The notes beneath the pieces were generated by a model. That model saw only the letters and a program-made list of their open reading frames with translations. It ran no database searches and had not been told where the DNA came from. 64,000 bases of DNA from an uncultured Clostridia bacterium (GTDB lineage Bacteria; Bacillota; Clostridia; TANB77; CAG-508): assembly GCA_944388935.1 (NCBI GenBank), contig CALXKK010000002.1:12421-76420 (forward strand), in the 5' to 3' direction. The position numbers and the translations under genes were made by a program. Positions 35,824 to 46,160 of this stretch are shown piece by piece. How positions within the stretch are numbered: position 1 is the stretch's first letter; every line of letters starts with the position of its first letter.

Positions 35824-37332
35824 TTACTTTTTCTTTTTTGTACTTTTCCCATCCTGTCTTTTCTTTAGCTCATCTGTAATTTCTAGTACTATTTTTTTCT
35901 CATCAAATTCTATTTTTTTACCTTTTATTTCTTGGTACATTTCATGACCTTTTCCTGCAATTACAACAATATCTAATTTATTTGCCATTTCTATAGCATA
36001 TTTTATTGCTTCTTTTCTATCTTCTATAACTTTATAATTAGCTTTGGTCTTTTTTATACCTTCTTCTATCTTTTTTATAATATCGGCTGGTTCTTCGTCT
36101 CTTGGGTTATCTGATGTAATAATTGTAAAATCACTTATTCTTCCAGAAATTTCTCCCATTAGAGCTCTTTTATGTTCATCTCTATTTCCACCACAGCCAA
36201 ATACACAAATAACTCTTCCTCTTGTATAAGATTTTACAGCATTTAGAATACTTTCTAAACTTTCTGGTGAATGAGCATAATCTATCATTATAGGAATTTC
36301 TAGCTTGTTATCTACCATTTCTGATCTTCCTGGTACTCTAACTTCCACTAATCCTTGTTTTATCATATCTGCATTACAGCCAAATTGTAATGCAACTGCA
36401 ATTGCAGCTAGTGCATTATATACTGTAAATCTTCCTGGAATGCAAGCTTTTACTCTTTCATTCCTATCCCCTATTTTTACTCTAAAATCAACATATGAAT
36501 TTGTTATAGTAATATCTTTTGCTAAAATTTTTGCATAATTATCTATACCAAATGTTATATATTCTGGTCCTGGTACTAATTTTGGAAGCTTTATAGAATA
36601 AATATCATCTGCATTTATATATGCTTTTTTACACATAGTAAATAATTTGCATTTAGTCTCAAAATATTCTTGCATACCAGAATGTTCTTTCTCACTTATA
36701 TGCTCTTCTGATAAATTCGTAAATATTCCTATATTAAAATCTGAACCATAAACTCTATTCAATTTTAAACTTTGTGACGAAACTTCCATAACAACAACAT
36801 CGCATTTTTCATCTGCCATTCTTGCAAATAATTTTTGCAATTCTAAGCTTTCTGGTGTTGTTCTTTCACTATCTCCCAAATCTTCTGTTCCAATATAATT
36901 GTGTATAGTTCCTATTAAACCAACTTTTAAGCCTTTTTTCTCCAAAATTGATTTTATCATATATGTAGTTGTAGTTTTTCCTTTTGTTCCAGTTACACCA
37001 ATTAATTGAAATTTTCTTGATGGATTATCATAATAATTGCAAGCAATTTGTGCCATTGCAATCCTTGCATCTGGAACTACTAGTAAAGTTGTATCATCAT
37101 TTATTTTTAATTGTCTTAAATCTGTTCCTTCTTCTACTAATACAGCTTTTGCTCCATTTTCTACAGCTTCTCCCACATAATCTGCTCCGTCTTTTTCATA
37201 ACCTTTTATAGAAATAAACAGATCTCCATTCTTAACCTTTCTAGAGTCGTTTTCTACGGAATTTATTTCGATATCTATATTGCCTTTTGCTTTTATTCCG
37301 CTAACGCCTGCTAATATATTTTTAAGGTTCAT
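35824..37332 (-). CDS. murE: UDP-N-acetylmuramoyl-L-alanyl-D-glutamate--2,6-diaminopimelate ligase MurE (DNPR motif, meso-DAP type)
   Basis: Mur ligase domains with GVTGTKGKTTTT and the DNPR motif (SDNPRDEE). Start ATG 37332 (MNLKNIL) has GGAGGT 8 nt upstream. Confidence 0.9.
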   Translation of the reverse strand: MNLKNILAGVSGIKAKGNIDIEINSVENDSRKVKNGDLFISIKGYEKDGADYVGEAVENGAKAVLVEEGTDLRQLKINDDTTLLVVPDARIAMAQIACNYYDNPSRKFQLIGVTGTKGKTTTTYMIKSILEKKGLKVGLIGTIHNYIGTEDLGDSERTTPESLELQKLFARMADEKCDVVVMEVSSQSLKLNRVYGSDFNIGIFTNLSEEHISEKEHSGMQEYFETKCKLFTMCKKAYINADDIYSIKLPKLVPGPEYITFGIDNYAKILAKDITITNSYVDFRVKIGDRNERVKACIPGRFTVYNALAAIAVALQFGCNADMIKQGLVEVRVPGRSEMVDNKLEIPIMIDYAHSPESLESILNAVKSYTRGRVICVFGCGGNRDEHKRALMGEISGRISDFTIITSDNPRDEEPADIIKKIEEGIKKTKANYKVIEDRKEAIKYAIEMANKLDIVVIAGKGHEMYQEIKGKKIEFDEKKIVLEITDELKKRQDGKSTKKKK

Positions 37333-37386
37333 AAAGTATACCTCCATTTTATACAATTTTACGAATACATTATATAGCAAGAAAAT

Positions 37387-39363
37387 TTATATATCAATAT
37401 AAACTTTCGTTTCTTTAGTTATTTTTATTCCTGGTTTAGGAATTTGTTCCTTTACATATGTTTCACTTTCATTTATTTCATCTGTAGAATTACTTATTTC
37501 TAGCTCCAATCCCAACTCTTTTAATGTCTTTCTTGCATCCTTTACAGTCATATTTCTAATTTCCGGCATTTCTACTTCTTCCTTTTGAGTTTCTTCGCTT
37601 TCTTTATCCTGCTTTAGTTCTAAGTATGGCAATACTTCTCCTAATATTTGGCCACCTACTGGTGCAGCAACTCCACCTCCCTGGTGTCCTCCTTCTCCTG
37701 TTGGATTATATAAAGTAACCAAAATAACAACTTGTGGGTCAGAGATTGGTGCAACTCCCATAAATGATGTTACATATTTATTTGTATTAACTCCATCTTC
37801 TGAAGTTCCTGTCTTTCCTCCAACTAAATATCCTTGCACTTGTGCATTTCTTCCTGTTCCATCTTCTACTACAGATTGCATCATACTTAAAATATTTTTT
37901 GCTGTTTCTTCTGAGATAACTCTATTTTCTTTCTTTACTTCTATATCCTGTTTTTCTCCTGTACTTGAATCTATTATTGCTTTAACTACCCTTGGTTCCA
38001 CATATTCTCCACCATTTGCTATGCTAGAAACCGCTGTTACCATCTGAATTGGAGTTACCTCAAATCTTTGACCAAAACTTATTGTTGCAAGTTCTACTGG
38101 TCCTACTTTATCCTTATCCAAGAATATTCCTTTTGCTTCTCCCGGCAGATCTATATTTGTTTTCTTAAAAAAACCAAATTTATCTAGATATTCATAATAT
38201 TTATCCTTCCCTATCTTTTGACCTAGAGCAATAAATACTGGATTGCACGAATTCATAAGGGCTTCCCTCAAGCTTTGCCTTCCGTGAGGTCTGTAATATC
38301 TCCAGCATTTTATTCTAACTCCTGCAATATCTATTCCTCCACCACAATTAAATTCTCCTTCATTATCTGTTTTCGTTATTCCCTCTTCTAATGCTGCTGA
38401 AGAAGTTATTAATTTAAATACTGAACCCGGCTCATATGTATCTGCAATTGCCTTGTTCCTCCACTTTGCCTGTAACTGTTTGTTTTTATCGCTATTACTC
38501 ATATTCTCACTATTATCTAATTCATATGGATTATTTAAATCATAATTTGGATATGTAGCCATTGCTAATATGTCTCCATTATTTGGATTCATAATAATTA
38601 CATTTCCACCATCTGTGCATTCGTTATCTATACAAGCATTTTCAAGATATTTTTCTACAATAGATTGAATTGTTAAATCTATTGTTAAAACTAAATCTTT
38701 TCCCTTTTCTGCAGCCACATAATTTTCATCTAACTGTCCAATATCTCCACCCTTTGCATCTGTTACCTTCTCAATTTTTCCACTCTTACCTTTTAAAATA
38801 TCATCATATTTTGCTTCAATTCCATCTAATCCCTGATTATCACTTCCACAAAATCCAATAACTTGAGATGCCAAAGTACTATATGGATAATATCTTTTTG
38901 TATCTTCATCTATATTAATTCCAGATTCTATATTATTTTCTTTCATCCACTCTCTTAATTCATTTGTTTTATCTTTTTCAACCTTCTTAGCAATCGTTTC
39001 TATAGAACTTCTTTTCTTTACTTTTTTTAGAGTTTCCTCATAATCCAAGCCTAAAATATCCGATAAAGCCTTACTTACCAATTCTTTCTTATCATCCGGA
39101 ATATTGATAGAATTAACTGTTACAGTTTCTACAGTACTACTTTGGGCCAATATATTTTTTCCACTTGCATCATAAATAGTCCCTCTTTTTGAAGTTACTT
39201 TTCTGTTTAGAGTTTGCTGCTCGTATGCCATTTGTTTTAGCTTATTTCCATCTACAAATTGAATAATAGCAAGTCTTACTATTAATAATATAAGCAATAT
39301 TAAAGATACTGCTATAATCCATAACATCATTTTTTTATTTTTTATACTACAAACTGTTTGCAT
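37387..39363 (-). CDS. Class B penicillin-binding protein (FtsI/SpoVD/PBP2B-like) with C-terminal PASTA domain
   Basis: 658 aa. An N-terminal TM and dimerisation domain are followed by a transpeptidase domain with SVFK, SSN and KTGT and a C-terminal PASTA domain (MPEIRNMTVKDARKTLKELGLE). Confidence 0.9.
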   Translation of the reverse strand: MQTVCSIKNKKMMLWIIAVSLILLILLIVRLAIIQFVDGNKLKQMAYEQQTLNRKVTSKRGTIYDASGKNILAQSSTVETVTVNSINIPDDKKELVSKALSDILGLDYEETLKKVKKRSSIETIAKKVEKDKTNELREWMKENNIESGINIDEDTKRYYPYSTLASQVIGFCGSDNQGLDGIEAKYDDILKGKSGKIEKVTDAKGGDIGQLDENYVAAEKGKDLVLTIDLTIQSIVEKYLENACIDNECTDGGNVIIMNPNNGDILAMATYPNYDLNNPYELDNSENMSNSDKNKQLQAKWRNKAIADTYEPGSVFKLITSSAALEEGITKTDNEGEFNCGGGIDIAGVRIKCWRYYRPHGRQSLREALMNSCNPVFIALGQKIGKDKYYEYLDKFGFFKKTNIDLPGEAKGIFLDKDKVGPVELATISFGQRFEVTPIQMVTAVSSIANGGEYVEPRVVKAIIDSSTGEKQDIEVKKENRVISEETAKNILSMMQSVVEDGTGRNAQVQGYLVGGKTGTSEDGVNTNKYVTSFMGVAPISDPQVVILVTLYNPTGEGGHQGGGVAAPVGGQILGEVLPYLELKQDKESEETQKEEVEMPEIRNMTVKDARKTLKELGLELEISNSTDEINESETYVKEQIPKPGIKITKETKVYIDI

Positions 39364-39436
39364 TTATGCACCTCTTTATTAGCATTTTTCTTTTACCATT
39401 CTATGTAAAGAAGGCTTGTTTAAATTACTAAAGCGC

Positions 39437-39467
39437 ACAAAAAAGGGAAAAATAATATTTCTCCCTT
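39437..39467 (-). terminator. Intrinsic terminator after the GH3 gene
   Basis: aagggaaaaat aat atttctccctt stem with T6 on the minus strand. It separates the GH3 gene from the pbp-murE... operon. Confidence 0.6.
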
Positions 39468-41843
39468 TTATTTTAAATATAATTTCACAAAATCCAAATT
39501 CAAATTTTCCTCATCTTTTTTTGCAGTTTTTATAAATTCTTCCACCATTTCTTTTGTGTATTTACTGCTTTTCTTTTCATAAAATTTTTTTAGAGGTTTT
39601 TGTAAATCCATCATAACTTTTGTTGCTTTATTTACATTTTGTACTTTCATTAATTCATTCATTTTTTCCATCTCATGCTCAAAAATCACCTTGCCAATTT
39701 TTGTGTTTTTAAATTGTTCTAAAGTATTTTCGTCTGTTAAATCTTGCAAATCTATATATCTAGTAGGAATTTTATGCCCTAATATTTCCTCAAAATCTTT
39801 ATCACTTACATTATCTATTGTTCCATTAATGTAATCTGCTGGATATTTTTTATCACTAATTACATTACTACTTTCAATATTTATTTTTTCACTTAAAACA
39901 ATATCTTGAATATTTTTTCCTATATAAATGTCGTATATTCCAGGTTCGATACTCCATTTTCCTTGGCTTACATCAAAAAAGGCTAAGTCTTGTTTTCCAA
40001 TTTTTATTATTACTTCCTTTTCTTCATCTGGTTGTAACTCTACCTTTTTAAACCCTTTTAATTCTTTTTTTGCTCTATATATTTTAGAATCTTCTTTCCC
40101 AACATATACTTGTGCTATTTCATTTCCACTAACTGTACCAACATTTTTTATTTTAAATTTTACTATGATGTTATTTGTATCTTGACTAATATTCAAACTA
40201 GAATACTCAAATTTTGTATAACTTAAGCCATATCCAAATGGAAATAAAACTTCTTTTTGTACTTTATCATAATATCTATATCCAACGAAAATTGCCTCTT
40301 TATATTCAACACTTACTTCTGTTCCTGGATAATAATTAAAACAAGGGGTATCTTCAAGTTTTAATGGATATGTCTCTGCTAATTTTCCACTAGGATTTAC
40401 CCTTCCACTTAAACAATTTGACATTGCTTCTGCGCCTGCTTCTCCACCTAAATATCCTGTAATTATAGCCTTTACCTTATCTTTCCATGGCATTAAAATT
40501 GGAGAACCATTTGATAACACTACCACAATATTTCTATTTACATTATATATAGCTTCTATTAATTTATTTTGATTATCTGGAATATCTAATTTAGTTCTGT
40601 CCATTCCTTCTGATTCGAAATTTTCTGTAAGTCCAACACATATAACTACAATTTCATTGCTTTTAGCAATTTCTATTGCTTCTTTTCGTAATTTTTCATC
40701 GTTTTCACTTTCTATTCTTTCATATCCTTGTGCATAAGTACATTCAAATCCTTGCTCTTTTAAACAGTCTAATAAATTTGTTAATTTATATGGATTTATA
40801 GTAGAACTTCCAGCTCCTTGATATCTTGGATTTTTAGCCATATCTCCGATTACCGCAATTTTTCTATTTTTTATTGGCAATATATTTTCTTCGTTTTTTA
40901 ATAAAACTATAGAATCTTCCGCTAAACTTCTTGCTATATTATGATGTTCATTTCTATCATATTCTTTTAAGTTTTCTCTCTCTGATGCTTTAAATGCATA
41001 TTCTAGAATTCTGCTTACTACTTCATTTAAATATTCTTCTGATATTTTTCCTTCTTTAACTGCTTGTATAATTTCTTCCTTACCATTTCCTCTTCCTCCA
41101 GGCATTTCTATTTCATTACCTGCAATTAATCCAGAAACCCTATCATTTTCTGCACCCCAGTCAGTTATAACCAAACCATTAAATTTCCATTCTTTTCTTA
41201 ATATATTCATCAATTCTTGATTTTCGTTGCAATACTTTCCATTAAGCTTATTATATGCACTCATAATACTCCAAGGCTTTGCCTCTTTTACTATCATTTC
41301 AAAAGCTTTTAAATATATTTCTCTTAATGTTCTCTCATCTACCACTGCATTTATAGTTCTTCTTCTGTTCTCTTGATTATTTACCGCAAAATGTTTTACA
41401 CATGCTCCTACTCCATTTAATTGCAAACCTTTTACATATTCTGTAGCAAGTACTCCTGTTAAATATGGGTCTTCGGAAAAATACTCAAAATTTCTGCCAC
41501 ATAAAGGTGTCCTTTTTATGTTTATAGCAGGACCCAATACAATATCCACATTCTCATAAGAAGCTTCTTCTCCTAAACTTTTTCCTAATAAAAAGGCTGC
41601 TTCTTTATTCCAACTATTTGCTATTGTAGATGATGCAGGAAAGCATGTAGAAATCTCACTTTCATTTATTCCTAAATTATCAGCCTTCGTTTTTTGAACT
41701 CTTAATCCATGAGGTCCATCTGACATAGTAATACTTGGAATATTAAGTCTTTCTATATTTTTACTATGCCAATAGTCCCCTCCAACGCATAAACTTGCTT
41801 TTTCCTCTAATGTCATACTCTCTATTAATTCTTTATATTTCAT
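39468..41843 (-). CDS. Glycoside hydrolase family 3 beta-glucosidase (BglX-like) with C-terminal Fn3-like domain
   Basis: GH3 motifs KHFAVNNQE, SAYN and GLVITDWGA (the catalytic Asp). Start ATG 41843 (MKYKELIESMTLEEK) has GGAGGT 5 nt upstream. Confidence 0.85.
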   Translation of the reverse strand: MKYKELIESMTLEEKASLCVGGDYWHSKNIERLNIPSITMSDGPHGLRVQKTKADNLGINESEISTCFPASSTIANSWNKEAAFLLGKSLGEEASYENVDIVLGPAINIKRTPLCGRNFEYFSEDPYLTGVLATEYVKGLQLNGVGACVKHFAVNNQENRRRTINAVVDERTLREIYLKAFEMIVKEAKPWSIMSAYNKLNGKYCNENQELMNILRKEWKFNGLVITDWGAENDRVSGLIAGNEIEMPGGRGNGKEEIIQAVKEGKISEEYLNEVVSRILEYAFKASERENLKEYDRNEHHNIARSLAEDSIVLLKNEENILPIKNRKIAVIGDMAKNPRYQGAGSSTINPYKLTNLLDCLKEQGFECTYAQGYERIESENDEKLRKEAIEIAKSNEIVVICVGLTENFESEGMDRTKLDIPDNQNKLIEAIYNVNRNIVVVLSNGSPILMPWKDKVKAIITGYLGGEAGAEAMSNCLSGRVNPSGKLAETYPLKLEDTPCFNYYPGTEVSVEYKEAIFVGYRYYDKVQKEVLFPFGYGLSYTKFEYSSLNISQDTNNIIVKFKIKNVGTVSGNEIAQVYVGKEDSKIYRAKKELKGFKKVELQPDEEKEVIIKIGKQDLAFFDVSQGKWSIEPGIYDIYIGKNIQDIVLSEKINIESSNVISDKKYPADYINGTIDNVSDKDFEEILGHKIPTRYIDLQDLTDENTLEQFKNTKIGKVIFEHEMEKMNELMKVQNVNKATKVMMDLQKPLKKFYEKKSSKYTKEMVEEFIKTAKKDEENLNLDFVKLYLK

Positions 41844-41898
41844 AAATACCTCCACATTTTTATTTAAATAATATATCATAATATATTAATTTTAACAA

Positions 41899-41927
41899 TT
41901 GACTTTTTACATTTTACATAATATAAT
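41899..41927 (+). promoter_or_regulatory. Perfect consensus promoter TTGACT-17-TATAAT in host-like AT-rich DNA driving the GC-rich GT2 gene
   Basis: Read directly from the sequence. Confidence 0.6.
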
Positions 41928-41971
41928 AGGTACATTAAACACATTTTAAATGTAGAAAGAAGGATGATTTT

Positions 41972-42835
41972 ATGCCAATGTTCTCCATCGTAGTTCCCGC
42001 TTACAATGCAGAACGCACTTTGCGGGAATGCCTAGAAAGCATCGTAGCACAAACTTTCACAGACTTTGAGGTCATCATCGTAAACGATGGTTCCACCGAC
42101 AAAACTGTGGAAATCGCTACCAACTTTTCGAAAAAGGACCCCAGAATCAAGCTGTTTAGCTTTTTAAACTCTGGAGTCTCGGAAACTCGTCGGCGGGGTT
42201 TGTCTTTGTCTTCTGGAGAATACATAATCCAGGTTGATTCGGACGACTCCATTAATAAGGATTTGTTGTCTCGCATTAAAGCTGCAATTAACAGCTTCGA
42301 TTCTCCTGATCTCATCAGATTTCAGTGTGAACTTATAGATGACAATCCGAACAAAGATCATCAGCGATACAATTGCAACTCCATGTTGTACCGCCAAATG
42401 TCGGGAATGGAAGCCCTAAAGTTATGGTCCAAACCTGGCAAAAAATATGCACTCTATTGGCTTTACGCAGTGAAGAAGGAAGTCTTCTCCGATGTACTTC
42501 TTTTTCCTCCACTGCGTTGCTACGAAGACGTTGCACTAATTCCTCTCTTGATTGCTAAGTCCAGAACTGTTGTTACTATTGGCTATGTTGGTTACAACTA
42601 CCAATATGTGAGTAAATCCAGTCTCACTAACACAGGAGGAATAGATTCAGAAAGGAAACGCGCTCAAGACTTCGTAGATGCATGCCATCTTGCAGTTGAA
42701 CACTTTATGAAACTTGCTAATATTACCACTAGTGATTTGGCATTCTTCGTGAATGACTTCAACATGCGACTGGAGGATAAGTTCCAATCTCTCCCACCCG
42801 AACTTCAGGATGAGATGTACGATCTCTTCCACTAA
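41972..42835 (+). CDS. Family 2 glycosyltransferase (GT-A fold), strongly atypical composition (~45-50% GC)
   Basis: MPMFSIVVPAYNAERTLRECLESIVAQTFTDFEVIIVNDGSTD ... QVDSDD (DxD). The many spurious overlapping ORFs on both strands here reflect stop-codon-poor GC-rich DNA. Confidence 0.85.
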   Translation: MPMFSIVVPAYNAERTLRECLESIVAQTFTDFEVIIVNDGSTDKTVEIATNFSKKDPRIKLFSFLNSGVSETRRRGLSLSSGEYIIQVDSDDSINKDLLSRIKAAINSFDSPDLIRFQCELIDDNPNKDHQRYNCNSMLYRQMSGMEALKLWSKPGKKYALYWLYAVKKEVFSDVLLFPPLRCYEDVALIPLLIAKSRTVVTIGYVGYNYQYVSKSSLTNTGGIDSERKRAQDFVDACHLAVEHFMKLANITTSDLAFFVNDFNMRLEDKFQSLPPELQDEMYDLFH

Positions 42836-42857
42836 CAATAATTGAGTGCAGCAAAAT

Positions 42858-42905
42858 GGGATGGCAGTGTGAATATACAATCACACTACCATCCCTATTT
42901 TATTG
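42858..42905 (+). terminator. GC-rich hairpin terminator of the GT2 islet
   Basis: gggatggcagtgtga / tcacactaccatccc: a 15-bp stem with one mismatch, followed by a T-rich tail. Confidence 0.7.
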
Positions 42906-42910
42906 GCTTA

Positions 42911-43732
42911 TTAATTATTTTTATCCAATATTATATTTAGCATATATGCTAGTCCATCATCATCATTTGTCTTTGTTTCATAATTTGCAAATCCTTTTAC
43001 ATATGGACTTGCATTACCCATTGCTACAGAATTACCTGTAGTCTTAAACATGGAAATATCATTTTCTCCATCCCCAATTGTTACTACCTCTTGTGTAGAA
43101 TCATATAGTTTTTTTATTAATTTTTCTACTGCTCGTCCTTTTGAAACTCCTTTATTAATAACATCACAATAATACGTAGATGGATCTGGTAAAGTTTCAT
43201 CTGTTAGTTTTTTAGATTCATTTTCTATTTTTTGATTTTTAAAATTCGCATAGAAAAATCTCTTAAATTCTTTCATTTTATCTATATTCTCATTCATTAT
43301 AACACATTGAACTACTTCTTTATTTTTTATAATATCTAATATCTCTTCATCAGTTTTAATATATTCTTTTTCATCCGGATAAAATGCTCTATTAATTGCT
43401 AATTTATCTTCATAATTAAATTTTATATTAAAGCCATTTTCTTTTACATAATCATATAGAATTTTTACTTTGTTTTTGTCAATGGGATTAGAAAAAATTG
43501 TCTTGTTTGTTTTTGCATCATAAACTTCCGCACCATTAGATGAAATAATATAATCACTTACATCTAAGTCTTTCCTAAATTTTAGCATATTCTCCCTTGA
43601 CCTACCAGAAACAAGTATAACTTGTAAACCTTCATCTTTACATCTTTTTAAAGTTTCTCTCGTGTATTCAGACACTTCTCTATTACTATTTTTTAATGTT
43701 CCATCAATATCTGTAAAAACTGCTTTAATCAT
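42911..43732 (-). CDS. Cof-type HAD-IIB family hydrolase (sugar phosphatase-like)
   Basis: MIKAVFTDIDGTL ... VILVSGRS ... GDGENDISM are HAD motifs I-IV. Confidence 0.8.
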   Translation of the reverse strand: MIKAVFTDIDGTLKNSNREVSEYTRETLKRCKDEGLQVILVSGRSRENMLKFRKDLDVSDYIISSNGAEVYDAKTNKTIFSNPIDKNKVKILYDYVKENGFNIKFNYEDKLAINRAFYPDEKEYIKTDEEILDIIKNKEVVQCVIMNENIDKMKEFKRFFYANFKNQKIENESKKLTDETLPDPSTYYCDVINKGVSKGRAVEKLIKKLYDSTQEVVTIGDGENDISMFKTTGNSVAMGNASPYVKGFANYETKTNDDDGLAYMLNIILDKNN

Positions 43733-43852
43733 TTTCACACCCACTTCATAATTTTATATTTCATATTATAACTCAATATTCTAAAAAAAGAAATACCAAT
43801 TTTAAAACAAAAAAAGGAAATTTATGACTAACCCAAAATCCATTGAGTAGAC

Positions 43853-44368
43853 CTAATTTCCTTTTATTTTATCAATTATTTTAGAAAGCCAACTTTTTTG
43901 CGTTGTTGTTTCTGTATTATCTGTTGAAGATTGTACATAATCTTTCTTTGGTAAATTTATATAAATTTTTTGATCATTTGTTAGTTTTTGCATTCCAAGT
44001 TTACTTTTTGCTTCTTCTTCTATTTTATTCAAATTAACATTGCTTTCTATTGATACTTCTGTTTGTTGATTTTCCTTTTGTAATGTTGTAAGTTCTTCTT
44101 TTAATGATTTTACCTTATTAAAATCTTCTGTTATTAAAGAGTTCCTATAGCTAATGACTAGTAGCATTGCAAAAACTAAACTGATATATACAACAACTTT
44201 TTTCTTTAATAAGCGTGCTGCCCTTTTTTGCTTTGCTTTTTCTTGTGCTTCTTGCTTTATTTTTTCTTTTAATTCTCTTTGTTCTTCCTGCCATCTTTTT
44301 GACTTTCTATTAGGTATAAAGTCCGGCTCTAGTTTTCTAGGACTTGTTTCGTATTGGTATCTAGCCAT
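43853..44368 (-). CDS. ftsL: Cell division protein FtsL/DivIC-like (septum formation initiator)
   Basis: 171 aa. A basic N-terminus, a single TM (VVVYISLVFAMLLVISY) and an extracellular coiled coil. Located directly downstream of rsmH. Confidence 0.7.
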   Translation of the reverse strand: MARYQYETSPRKLEPDFIPNRKSKRWQEEQRELKEKIKQEAQEKAKQKRAARLLKKKVVVYISLVFAMLLVISYRNSLITEDFNKVKSLKEELTTLQKENQQTEVSIESNVNLNKIEEEAKSKLGMQKLTNDQKIYINLPKKDYVQSSTDNTETTTQKSWLSKIIDKIKGN

Positions 44369-44389
44369 TAGCCTTCACCTCCTCTTTCG

Positions 44390-45319
44390 TTATTTTCTTT
44401 CGAAAATTCTTAATTTTGCACTTTTACTTCTAGAATTTTCGTTTTGTTCCTCCTTAGTAGCAATAATTGGTTTTTTATTTATAATTTTTCCATATGATAC
44501 AGCACCACATACACAATATGGTAAATCTTTTGGACATGTACATCTACCTTCTGCTTTTACATATGCTCTTTTTACCGCTCTATCTTCCAAAGAATGAAAT
44601 GTTATTATACATAATCTTCCGCCCGGTTTTAAACAATTAATACATTTTAAAACTGTATCATATAAAGGTTCTATCTCATTATTAACCTCTATTCGAATCG
44701 CTTGAAAAGTTCTTTTTGCAGGATGCCCATTATTTTGTTTAGATTTAGGAATAGAATTTTCTATTATCTTAACTAATTCTGCAGTTGTTTCTATTGGCTT
44801 TTTCTTTCTTTCTATGCAAATATTTTTTGCTATATGTCTGGAAAATCTCTCTTCTCCATATTCATATATAATATTTGCTAATTTTTCTTCTGGATAATTA
44901 TTAACCACATCTCTTGCAGTTAATTCTTGAGTTTTATCCATTCTCATATCTAATTTATTCTCTCCTAAGTAACTAAATCCTCTGTTACGTTCATCCAATT
45001 GATATGAAGAAACTCCCAAATCTAATAAAATTCCGTCTACACCATCTATATTTAAAGATTGCATTATAGCATCTATATCATCATGATTTCCATGTATATA
45101 TTTTACGTTGTTATAATCTTTCAAATTATTTTTGGCTGCTTCTATAGCTTCTAAATCTCTATCTATGCCTATTAATAATCCATTATTTGATAATCTTTTT
45201 AAAATTTCTTTACTATGTCCTGCTCCACCAAGTGTTCCATCTATATAAATTCCGTCTGGTTTTATATTTAATCCTTCTATACATTCATTAAGTAAAACAG
45301 GTTTATGTTTAAACTCCAA
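44390..45319 (-). CDS. rsmH: 16S rRNA (cytosine1402-N4)-methyltransferase RsmH (MraW)
   Basis: Canonical RsmH (EFKHKPVLLNECIEGL ... DGTLGGAGHS). Probable TTG start at 45319 with GGAGGG 6 nt upstream; the ORF-track ATG at 45340 lies upstream of this RBS. Confidence 0.9.
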   Translation of the reverse strand: MEFKHKPVLLNECIEGLNIKPDGIYIDGTLGGAGHSKEILKRLSNNGLLIGIDRDLEAIEAAKNNLKDYNNVKYIHGNHDDIDAIMQSLNIDGVDGILLDLGVSSYQLDERNRGFSYLGENKLDMRMDKTQELTARDVVNNYPEEKLANIIYEYGEERFSRHIAKNICIERKKKPIETTAELVKIIENSIPKSKQNNGHPAKRTFQAIRIEVNNEIEPLYDTVLKCINCLKPGGRLCIITFHSLEDRAVKRAYVKAEGRCTCPKDLPYCVCGAVSYGKIINKKPIIATKEEQNENSRSKSAKLRIFERK

Positions 45320-45353
45320 TACATACCCTCCATCCATCATTTTTTGAATAGCA

Positions 45354-45389
45354 CAAACAGTTGGAAGTTTTCGAGTTCCAACTGTTTGA
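45354..45389 (-). other. Perfect 13-bp stem-loop (caaacagttggaa gttttcgagt ttccaactgtttg) 14 nt upstream of the rsmH RBS, within an unusually long (386 bp) mraZ-rsmH spacer
   Basis: Seen directly. There is no U-run after it on the minus strand, so it is not a canonical terminator. Confidence 0.5.
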
Positions 45390-45705
45390 TAGCTATTCTT
45401 CTTTAGTTTCTAGCGGTTTCATCATTTGTATTTCATTCCCTTTTTCGTGGTATATATTAGCTATTTGCATTTGTAATTTTAATTTTTTTCTTAAGTACAT
45501 AGATAAATAAAATATAATTAGTTTCTTAAGATTTTATCTTTTGTGTATTAAAATTTTTTTCTTTCGTATAGCCCTCTTCTTATCAAGTTTTATCTTGACT
45601 TTTCTTTAGTAAATGTTTACAAAATTTCTTTTGTAATTTACTTTTTCTCATTTGTAATTTTTTAATTTATCTTTTGTGTAAAATTTATATAAACTTTTTT
45701 TAAAG

Positions 45706-46137
45706 TTATATACCTAACATTGTCATATTCTCTGCAATACTATCTGCAGATATATTTTCTTCACTGTTGTATTCTTCCCATTTGTTTTTGTTCCAAATTT
45801 CAATTCTTGTCCCAACACCTATTATAACAACTTCTTTTTCTAGTGTTGCAACTTTTCTTAAATTACTAGATATTAAAAATCTTCCTTGTTTATCTATTTC
45901 GCATTCCATTGCTCCAGATAAGAAAAATCTTACAAAATCTCTAGCATTTTTATTGGTAAGTGGAAGTGTTTTTAATTTTGTTTCGAAGTTTTCCCATTCT
46001 TGTTGTGAGAAACCAAATAAACATCCATCTAGCCCCTTAGTTATTATGAACTTTTCGCCCATATCTTCTCTTAGCTTTGCTGGCATTATTAATCTGCCTT
46101 TGGCATCTAAGGAATGTTCATATTGGCCAATTAGCAC
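45706..46137 (-). CDS. mraZ: Transcriptional regulator MraZ
   Basis: 143 aa with two MraZ/SpoVT-AbrB-like repeats ([14 protein letters not shown] ... [13 protein letters not shown]). GTG start with GAGGTG upstream. Confidence 0.9.
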   Translation of the reverse strand: MLIGQYEHSLDAKGRLIMPAKLREDMGEKFIITKGLDGCLFGFSQQEWENFETKLKTLPLTNKNARDFVRFFLSGAMECEIDKQGRFLISSNLRKVATLEKEVVIIGVGTRIEIWNKNKWEEYNSEENISADSIAENMTMLGI

Positions 46138-46160
46138 TTCGTTTCACCTCTATTCATTTT

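Noticed and set aside
42001-42880. Stack of overlapping ORFs on both strands inside and after the GT2 gene
   Set aside because: Artifacts of the ~45-50% GC islet. Only the plus-strand GT2 frame has the DxD/GT-A motifs, an RBS and a promoter.
45560-45660. 22-aa minus-strand ORF (MRKSKLQKKFCKHLLKKSQDKT) in the mraZ-rsmH spacer
   Set aside because: No RBS, and a Lys-rich translation expected from A-rich DNA. Probably non-coding.
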